Shown here one piece after another: positions 30,719 through 38,614 of a stretch of DNA of 64,000 nt (position 1 is the first letter of the stretch; every line of letters begins with the position of its first letter). A program made the translations under genes and the position numbers. The notes below the pieces were generated by a model. It was given only the letters and a program-made list of their open reading frames with translations. It did no database searches and was not told where the DNA came from. The stretch comes from an uncultured delta proteobacterium (GTDB taxonomy: Bacteria > Desulfobacterota > BSN033 > UBA1163): assembly GCA_963708295.1 (NCBI GenBank), contig CAVPSJ010000011.1, positions 192,001 through 256,000 on the forward strand, in the 5' to 3' direction.

Positions 30719-30802
30719 TTCATGGTTCAAGGTTTTGTGGTATAGGCAGAGGCAAGAAGTCTTGTCCTGGGGCTTTCTGGACGCAAAAAACGAAGGTTAA
30801 AC

Positions 30803-31048
30803 ATGACATTGGAACAATTCATCAGGAAGAACCGAAGGCAAATTGACAGGGTCATTAAAAGAACTTGGCCGAAAGTGAAGCCATTGAACGATGCGGAGCG
30901 AAAAGTCTGGATCCTAAACGAGAAAGTCCTTTTGCTTTGGGTGGAGGCGCAAGGAGTAAAAATAAGTGAAGAAAAGGAAAGCAGGTACTCATATGATTCT
31001 TTCTTATCACGAATTGTGAGAGGAGAAGAGGACTCGAATCAAAAATAA
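30803..31048 (+). CDS. Small hypothetical protein
   Basis: Follows repeat copy 2; MTLEQFIRKNRRQIDRVI...LNDAERKVWILNE. Confidence 0.5.
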   Translation: MTLEQFIRKNRRQIDRVIKRTWPKVKPLNDAERKVWILNEKVLLLWVEAQGVKISEEKESRYSYDSFLSRIVRGEEDSNQK

Positions 31049-31109
31049 TGTCTGACAAGATGAATTTAATGTGCATATAATGTGTATTAATAGGGGGAAG
31101 CACACCGTG

Positions 31110-31256
31110 ATGAAGCGAATTGACATTACGATCTCGGAAGTTCATATCAAGAAACTTAAACAACTATGCAAGAAAGGGGGGATGGGCGTTTCAGAGATCA
31201 TCAGGCGTGCCATTGATCTTTATTACGAACAGACCAAGACGAAAGGAGGGGTTTGA
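31110..31256 (+). CDS. Ribbon-helix-helix (CopG-like) regulator
   Basis: MKRIDITISEVHIKKLKQLCKKGGMGVSEIIRRAIDLY; abuts the integrase start. Confidence 0.75.
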   Translation: MKRIDITISEVHIKKLKQLCKKGGMGVSEIIRRAIDLYYEQTKTKGGV

Positions 31257-32423
31257 ATGGGTACTATCTACGAAAGAAAGTGGAAGGACAAGGATGGTAA
31301 CCGGATTGAAGGAGAAATTTTCTGGATCAAGTATTATCGCGATGGGAAGCCTTACCGGGAGTCTTCGAAGAGTGAGAATGTTACAGACGCCCGGCGTCTT
31401 CTAAAGAAGAGAGAGGGCAAGATTGCAGAGGGGAGCTTCCGGAGGTCTGCTTCGACAAGGTGACCTTCGACGCGCCGGCAAAGGACCTGGTAACTGACTA
31501 CACAGTCAACGGGAGGGATACCCTGAAAAGAGTTAAATGGTCAATCGATTGTTTCAAAGGATCTTTTGGAGGCATGAGGGCGACGGATATCACCACGGAC
31601 AAAATCAAGGCCCATGTTGAGAAGAGGATGAAGGACGGCCTCACAAATGCTTCGATCAATCGGGAGCTGGCAGTTTTAAAGAGGATGTTTAGCCTTGGGG
31701 CGGAAAGCACTCCTCCAAAGGTTAAGCTCATTCCTTATATTCCCATGCTGAAGAAATCGAACACGCGGAAGGGATTTTTTGAACTTGATCAGTATTTGGC
31801 CCTCAAAGGTGCCCTACCCTCTTATTTGAAGCCCGTCGTTACCTTCGCCTATCACACAGGATGGAGATCCGGAGAGCTTCTAAATCTCACATGGGACGAG
31901 ATTGACATGAAACAAGGAATTATTTCGTTGAATCCGGGCGAGGCAAAGAGCGAAGAGGCACGGACGGTCTATCTCAATCAAGAGTTAGTGACAGAGACAA
32001 AAAACCCTTCAGGCCAATCGCCGTCTTGGTTGCACCTGGGTCTTTCATCGAGATGGGGAGGCTATCGGGAGCTTCAGAAAGGCATGGGCCAGCGCGTGTG
32101 GCAAGGCGGGCATTTGCGAAGCCCTGAAAGGCGAAGAAGGCAAGCCGGTTGTGATCAGGAACAAGAAGGGTGAAGAGAAAGTAGTCATGGTCCCAACAAA
32201 ACTCTTCCATGATTTCAGGAGAACGGGAGTAAGAAACATGGTAAGGGCCGGGGTCCCCGAGAGAGTGGCCATGATGGTCTCGGGACACAAGACCCGGAGC
32301 GTCTTTGAGCGTTACAACATTGTCAGTGATCAGGGCCTTAAGGATGCTGCTAGAAAGATGCAGACCTACCATGAGAAGTTGAATTCACCGATGGAAACTG
32401 AAGAAAACAAGCGCGCGAAGTGA
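31257..32423 (+). pseudogene. Tyrosine recombinase / phage integrase, frameshifted
   Basis: Three ORF pieces: arm domain (FWIKYYRDGKPYRESS), NASINREL plus TGWRSGEL, and FHDFRRT...SGHKTRSVFERY. Catalytic residues retained. Confidence 0.88.
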
Positions 32424-32436
32424 TTCAATTCAAAGA

Positions 32437-32525
32437 GGCACAAAGCGGGTCAAAAAATTTTTTGACCTTTACGGGCACAGTTTAGGCACCAACAGGCGGA
32501 ATGAGCAATGGATTCCAAGGGCACA
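32437..32525 (+). promoter_or_regulatory. Putative integrase arm-type binding sites (GGCACA repeats)
   Basis: GGCACA 32437, GGGCACA 32473, GGCACC 32485, GGGCACA 32519, between the integrase and the att core. Confidence 0.5.
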
Positions 32526-32550
32526 AAATTGGAAGTTATTGAAATTAAAG

Positions 32551-32624
32551 CGCCCCTGGCCTGACTCGAACAGGCGACCTGCGGATTAGGAATCCGTCGC
32601 TCTATCCACCTGAGCTACAGGGGC
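32551..32624 (-). tRNA. tRNA-Arg(CCT), CCA not encoded
   Basis: GCCCCTG TA GCTC AGGTGGATA GAGC G ACGGA TT CCT AA TCCGC AGGTC GCCTG TTCGAGT CAGGC CAGGGGC G cloverleaf. Confidence 0.95.
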
Positions 32625-32634
32625 AACTCAGACA

Positions 32635-32663
32635 AATTTATGATTTTATTCCTTCTTCGTCAA
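32635..32663 (-). promoter_or_regulatory. Sigma70 promoter of tRNA-Arg
   Basis: TTGACG-17 nt-TAAATT, ending 10 nt before the tRNA. Confidence 0.6.
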
Positions 32664-32735
32664 GGGTATTTTTTACATTCCTTGACAAAGGATGCAAGGA
32701 AAGGATATTTGAAATCTATTGGAGGAATAGATTTC

Positions 32736-33424
32736 ATGGATGAAAATAGAAACGAGATGATCAGGGATCTCAAATCTTATCTGGAATATCTCAAGGGAAT
32801 GGGGATTGTTTCTCTCCCGGTTTCTGACGCAGTTTCCGAGATAAAGCCCGAGCGAACCCGGTCCATCTCGCATCATGACACTGGAGGAAGTGCGAAAGGA
32901 ATTAGGGGACTGCAAGAGGTGCAAGCTCCATCGGACACGGCGGACGATCGTGTTCGGGGAGGGCAATGAAAAAGCAACCTTGATGTTTATCGGAGAGGGC
33001 CCCGGGTATGACGAAGACGTTCAGGGAAGACCTTTTGTGGGAAAGGCAGGTCAGCTCTTAACGAAGATTATCGAATCGATCAACCTTTCGAGAGAAGAAG
33101 TTTACATTGCCAACATCGTTAAGTGCCGACCTCCACAGAATCGAAATCCGGAGCCTGATGAGATCCAGAGCTGCAATCCCTTTCTGATGAACCAGATCCG
33201 TGTGATTCAACCCAAAATCATCTGTGCCCTGGGGACTTTTGCTGCTCAAACCCTGCTCAAGACCGATACTAAGATTTCAGCACCTCCGCGGGAAATTATT
33301 CGATCTCGAGGGAATCAAGGTGATCCCTACCTATCACCCTGCCTTTCTATTGAGGAATCCTGAACGAAAGAGAGAGGTCTGGGAGGACATGAAAAAAATC
33401 GCCGAATTACTACTCGCCCCATAA
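32736..33424 (+). CDS. Family 4 uracil-DNA glycosylase (two apparent frameshifts)
   Basis: [30 protein letters not shown], and TYHPAFLLR in a shifted frame. Confidence 0.88.
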
Positions 33425-33442
33425 TAGAATAGACATCTGATT

Positions 33443-33625
33443 AACCCCACCCCCACCCTACCCCTCCCCCTGAAGGGGAGGGCAAACGTTGTGTCCCTCC
33501 TCCCCCTGAGAGACAGGGAAATCGTAATGTTTCTCCCTCTGAAGGGGACGGAAATCCCTATGTTCCTCCCATTTCAAGGGGGAGGTTAGAGCCTGACCCC
33601 GTACTCTACGGGGAGCGGGGATGCG
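33443..33625. repeat. Composite REP-like repeat cluster
   Basis: Four degenerate ctccccctgaaggggag units plus ccccgtactctacgggg; homologous to 9874-9985. Confidence 0.7.
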
Positions 33626-33826
33626 ATTATGTCTTCTTAATCATGGGCTCATTAGCAATACATCCGACCAGTAATTGATTTGACGGATAACGTGAAGCTC
33701 CCCGGCCAATGGGCGAGGAGCCTCACTCAATTACTACTTCAATTTATAAGAAACGAGTTCCGCATCATACATTCTCGATGTGGCCCAATAATTTGATTTT
33801 TCAAATTCTCGCTTTTATGTGTCAGG

Positions 33827-34232
33827 TTATTTCACTTTATTCAGATACATCGTTCCTTGATATTGTCCAGCTTTCCAATCCCCTTCAAATCTCATTTTAC
33901 CCTCGCCCTTCCGAAGCGTCAGAGTTACTTGATTATTCCCCCATGAAGTCATAAATCTGCCGTTTTCTATCCTGGCATAAAATGAACTGGTGTTGGGAAG
34001 TCCATTGGCACGATGCCACGTCCAACTCCCGCTCAAACCTTCGCCAAATATCTTCATTTCAATCGGCTGGGTGATACTTGGTGGCCTCCTCCTCATAATA
34101 CCCCTTCCATTCCCCTTTTAGGTCGGGCAGATCAGCTTGAGTAATAGGTTTTACTGGAGCAACAACGCAACTTGTTAAAGCCACCACAGCCAAGAAAGGA
34201 ATCAGCCAACCTAAAACCGTCCTCTTTTCCAT
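33827..34232 (-). CDS. Lipoprotein (frameshift near 34073)
   Basis: GAGGAGG RBS; MEKRTVLGWLIPFLAVVALTS-C...DLKGEWKG; joins ORF 33827-34096 after a 1-nt shift. Confidence 0.65.
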
Positions 34233-34573
34233 TTAATTTACCCTCCTCTTGTTTTATTTAGTCCTTCGTTAGACCTTTTGACATCATTTGACTAGGTCGG
34301 AACCTTTAGATTTCTGGGGACAAAAGGATATCACCTCCTTTCAGGGTCAGGTAATACCAATGAACTGTCATACTCCTCTTTGCCAAAGGGGGATAAAAAC
34401 CCCATAACTGAGGCATTACCTTTAGTTTCATTTTGCGATGTTCATTTTGAGATTGACGCCATTTTAAGCATATGATATGGTTTGTGACGGTACGTACCGT
34501 CACATTTTTTTAATGACTTCCGGTCCTGACAAAAATCTCCCTGTCTTTTCAATGAGATTTGGGGCGGTGAAAA

Positions 34574-36763
34574 ATGGCGGGAAATGCCAGACCTCACTCC
34601 ATCACAATCGACCTCAATCAGTTCAAACTCCATATTGAACTCAAAAACAGGATTGAACTGACCCTTCATTTCAACTCGCCTTCTCGCAAATTTTATCTCT
34701 CCGTGATTGCCTTTGTCGTTAACGAGATGAAAAGATTAGGGGAAAATTACATCCATCCCTCTGGAAGGACATCATGACCTTCTTGCTTTGCTGAACGAAA
34801 CCGTTGGAGGCTCTGCCGGGTCATCAGAGACAGAGACCTTGCTGTCAAGGATCTACAGAAAATGGCAACATGCCCTGCCCAACCTGGAAGAGGCCCCACT
34901 TTTCGTGGTCCTCGGAAGGAAAAAGGGATATGAGGAAGGGATTGGCAAAACCTATCCCTTTACCGAGGCTGAAAAAGATAGCTGGGCAAATCTTTTTGAG
35001 TACAAAGGGAGCCATGAGAATGTCAGGCTTAAATTCGCCATAGATAAAATAGGAGCAACTTTAAATGACATTGCCATCATCTATGAGGACTCCTTGAACG
35101 GGGAGGCGTGGGAGAAGTTCATATCAAGTCTCAGAAGAGAAGAAGGCAGAACCTGATAAACCTGTTTCAGAAGAGCCTGAGGTTGCAGCTCCTCCGTTGG
35201 AAAGAAGGAGGACCTTATTGCCAGGCAGGTATCGCTGGGCGGCCCTGTTGGCCGCGGTCATTGTAGTTCTGGGAACGATCACCTTAGCGATCTGGAAAAC
35301 CTATTTAAAGCCTGATCCAGGGGATGTTGCTTCTATCGAGAAGATGGAATTCCCACTTCCGGATGAGCCCTCTATTGCTGTGTTGCCCATTGTAAACATG
35401 AGCGAGGACCCCAAGCAGGAATTCTTCTGCGACGGGATGACTGAAGGAATTATCACTGCCCTTTCCAAGGTACCAAGGCTGTTTGTGATCGCTCGAAGTT
35501 CGACCTTCACTTATAAGGGAAAACCGGTGAAAGTCAAGCAGGTCAGTGAGGAGCTTGGGGTTCGGTATGTGCTGGAGGGGAGTATTCAGAGGTCCCCTGA
35601 CCGTATCCGGATTAATTTGCAGTTGATTGACGCCCTCACAGGCCGTCACATCTGGGCGGAAAAGTACGATCGTGATCTGACAGACCTATTTGCAACACAG
35701 GATGAGATCACCATGAAGATCCTGACGGCTGTCCGAGTGAAGCTGACGGAGGGGGAAATAACCTCCGTGTACTCGAAATCCTTTAAGGGGAAGCACGATC
35801 TCGATTGCTATTTGAAGTTAACGGAAGCGAGTGGTTACCTCCCGCGTTGGAATATCGAGAATAGCAACTTGGCCCGCCGGATGGTAGAAGAGGCTATTGC
35901 TATGTGTCCAGAGAATCCGGGGGGTTATCTTCTCCTCGGTTGGGTCTGCTTTTACGATTATTGGCAGGGCTACACGAAGTCTCCCCGGGAGACTCTTGAA
36001 AAAGGTATAGAACTGGCCAAAAAAGCCCTTGCCACGGATGATTCGATAGCAAATGGCCACGCCTTATTGTGTGCGCTCTATAGGATGAAAGGGGATTTGG
36101 TCAAGGCGATTGCTGAGGGGGAACGGGCTGTGGCCCTCGGGCCCAGCCATGCGCCTGCCCTTAACAATTACGCCAATAGTCTAATCTCTTTATGGAGGTC
36201 GGAAGAAGCCATTCCCATATACCAAAAAGCAATCCGACTTACCCCCCTTGGTTTACACTATTTATATGACGGTTTCGGACGAGCCCTCCGGAATACGGGG
36301 AGGTTTGAAGAGGCGATTTCGGCATTTAAGAAAGCAATTCAGCTTGCGCCTGATAACCTTTTTTATCCTGTGGAACTGGCGGGTACGTACGTTATGATGG
36401 GCCGTGAGGAGGAAGCCATTCGACTTCTCCAAGAAGCAATCAGACTCAACCCGAATGCTCCGTTCCCCACCTTTGGATGGCTAGGCACTGCCCTGCGGAT
36501 TGCAGGTCGGTTTGAAGAAGCGGTTTCGGCATTTAAGAAAGCAATTCAGCTTGCGCCTGATCATATACCCACCCGTATAGGCCTGGCGACGACATACAGT
36601 TTGATGGGTCGAGAGAAGGAAGCCCGTGCTGAGGCTGAAGAAATCCTCAGAATAAATCCAAAGTTCTCACTAGATCACTATGCAAAAGAATGGCTTTTCT
36701 TTAAGGATCAATCTGAAAATGACAAAGTTCTCAAGGCCATGCGCAAGGCAGGCCTGAAGGTAA
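34574..36763 (+). CDS. Membrane protein: unknown N-terminal domain, TM helix, TolB-like domain and TPR repeats (apparent frameshifts)
   Basis: ORFs 34574, 34788 and 35197 join via shifts near 34740 and 35150. PSIAVLPIVNMS...LFVIARSSTFTYKGK...LGVRYVLEGS. Likely true end KAGLK then TAA at 36761-36763. Confidence 0.75.
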
Positions 36764-36768
36764 ATATC

Positions 36769-37662
36769 CTATTTAATCTGGATGGGGAAGTTTAATTCGT
36801 ACCCCTTCTCGGTGAGTACGTCGACGACGGCAGAAGCCATATCCCGCATCAAAAGCTCCCAAATAGAAAATCTTTTCTTCGGGGGATAAAGGACGTTCGG
36901 TTTCCCTTCGATTCCCACCATCTTGGCAGTGATATCGATCGTATCCTGAAGGTTTCCCAGTTGATCGACCAGCCCCAGATTCTTAGCCTGTTCCCCTGTT
37001 AAGATTCGACCATCTGCGATCTGAGCGACTTTCGATCGATCCAGTTTCCTCCCATCCGCCACGGCCTGGATGAATTGCTGATGAACATTGTCGAGCACTT
37101 CCTGCATGATCCTCTTCTCCTCCGGAGTCATCTCCCGGAAAGGGGATCCGATATCTTTATGCTCTCCGCTTTTGAGCACCACTCCCTTGATTCCAATTTT
37201 CTTAAGAAGTTCTTCAAAATTTGAGAATTGCATGATCACGCCGATGGAACCGGTAATCGTCCCGGGATTGGCAACGATGAGATCAGAGGCACTCGCGATA
37301 TAATAGCCCCCCGAAGCCGCCACAGACCCCATGGAGGTAACCACTTTTCTCTTCGAGGTTGACTTGATCCTCATAATCTCACGGTAGATCTCCTGCGACG
37401 GGCCCACGCCTCCCCCCGGAGAATCAACCCTCAAAATGATAGCTTTGACCCCATCATCGGCGAGATATTGCTGGAGCTCTTCGATCACCCCGGAGGATTG
37501 GATGATCGCTCCCTTCACTTCCACAATGGCAATCTTATCGCCGAAGGCAAATCGGCTGCTTTTCCTCCCGGAATAGTGCCCTATAAAAAAAAGAATGACA
37601 AAAAAGAAAATGAGAAGTGCGGCAATGACACCCAACCCGATTAATATTCGTCTTCGCTTCAT
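36769..37662 (-). CDS. sppA: Signal peptide peptidase SppA (S49)
   Basis: DSPGGGV, VAASGGYY, TGSIGV, KSGEHKD, DGRILTG. Confidence 0.95.
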   Translation of the reverse strand: MKRRRILIGLGVIAALLIFFFVILFFIGHYSGRKSSRFAFGDKIAIVEVKGAIIQSSGVIEELQQYLADDGVKAIILRVDSPGGGVGPSQEIYREIMRIKSTSKRKVVTSMGSVAASGGYYIASASDLIVANPGTITGSIGVIMQFSNFEELLKKIGIKGVVLKSGEHKDIGSPFREMTPEEKRIMQEVLDNVHQQFIQAVADGRKLDRSKVAQIADGRILTGEQAKNLGLVDQLGNLQDTIDITAKMVGIEGKPNVLYPPKKRFSIWELLMRDMASAVVDVLTEKGYELNFPIQIK

Positions 37663-37682
37663 GGGTCCCCTCCATGTATATC

Positions 37683-37873
37683 AAGTTACTGAGTTATTAG
37701 GTTATTAAGTTATTTGGTCATTGACTCACAAAACATCGCAAATCGCATAAAAAGATCCTAAAACCCGTTTATCATGTTTTAACCTTAAGATCAATAACCC
37801 AATGACTTAATGGCTTAATTATTTAATTACTCTATTACTCAATACCTTAAATTACTTTTATGACTCAATGACT
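37683..37873. repeat. Inverted arms of degenerate 8-nt tandem repeats
   Basis: gagttatt/aggttatt/aagttatt/tggtcatt ... aataaccc/aatgactt/aattactc. Confidence 0.7.
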
Positions 37874-38614
37874 TCAAACGGGTGAAATGCGAATCGTCTC
37901 AAAGGCAGCCAGCTGGAAGATGCGGATGCGCTTCATCTTAACAAGTTCGAGAATGGCCAGCAACGTCACGACGACGAGCCTTCGAGAAGCCTCCTCCGGA
38001 AAGAGACGATGAAAAGCGATGCTTCGATTCTCCTTCTCAAGAACCGCTAATATTTCAAGAATCTTGGCCTCAACGCTGATGTGTTCCAAGACGACTTCAT
38101 GAACGGTTTCCGGTTTTACTTTCTTCAATACCTCCCGGAAGGCTTCGAGAAGCTCAAAAAGGTTCACCTCAATTCTCTCCTCCTCAGGCTCCTCTTCCGC
38201 CTCCGCAGGTGTCAGTCGGATGAAAACATCTCGCTCCAATAAAGGCATTTTCTCCATTTCGAGCGCTGCATTCTTGTATTTTTGGTACTCCAGAAGCCTT
38301 CGTACCAGCTCCGCTCTGGGATCCTCCTCTTCCTCCTCCTCCACCACTGAGGATTTGGGAAGTAACATTCTCGATTTGATGTGAAGAAGAGTGGACGCCA
38401 TCAAAAGGTACTCGCCGGCAACATCCAAATTGAGAACCTTCATCAGATGGAGATATTCCAAATACTGTTCTGTGACGAGGGAGATGGGAATATTGAAGAT
38501 ATCTAATTCGTTCTTCTGAATGAGGTGGAGCAGCAAGTCAAGGGGCCCCTCAAACCCCTCCAATCGGAAGGTATACTCTGATCTCTCCTCTGAACGCGAA
38601 TCCTCTGCAACCAT
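37874..38614 (-). CDS. scpA: Segregation and condensation protein A
   Basis: FEGPLDLLLHLI, KSRMLLP, DPRAELVRRLLEY, LAILEL. Confidence 0.95.
   Translation of the reverse strand: MVAEDSRSEERSEYTFRLEGFEGPLDLLLHLIQKNELDIFNIPISLVTEQYLEYLHLMKVLNLDVAGEYLLMASTLLHIKSRMLLPKSSVVEEEEEEDPRAELVRRLLEYQKYKNAALEMEKMPLLERDVFIRLTPAEAEEEPEEERIEVNLFELLEAFREVLKKVKPETVHEVVLEHISVEAKILEILAVLEKENRSIAFHRLFPEEASRRLVVVTLLAILELVKMKRIRIFQLAAFETIRISPV

Larger units (their letters stand above)
29877..30769 (+). repeat. Two diverged ~55-bp direct repeats (29877-29929 and 30714-30769)
   Basis: Shared attgattcatggttca.ggttt...ggcag...agaagtcttgtcctg. Confidence 0.8.
21073..32593. mobile_element. Decaying genomic island integrated at tRNA-Arg(CCT)
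   Basis: Flanking 47-bp repeats, tyrosine integrase next to the tRNA, visibly AT-richer sequence, short ORFs and pseudogenes. Confidence 0.9.

Noticed and set aside
33443-33625. CRISPR-like repeat-spacer pattern
   Set aside because: Repeats are degenerate, gaps are short and irregular, and the gaps are themselves conserved in the 9874 copy, which fits a REP-type element.
34240-34430. Riboswitch upstream of the lipoprotein gene
   Set aside because: Some pairing (GGTAATGCC/GGTATTACC) and a sequestered AAAGGAGGTGA are present, but no aptamer consensus was recognised and part of it is a REP fragment.
36764-36795. Real convergent overlap between the TPR gene and sppA
   Set aside because: One extra G before TAA at 36760 explains the read-through past KAGLK.
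37683-37873. CRISPR array
   Set aside because: Units are 8 nt and degenerate with no unique spacers. No 23-47-nt repeat-spacer pattern or cas gene was seen anywhere in the window.
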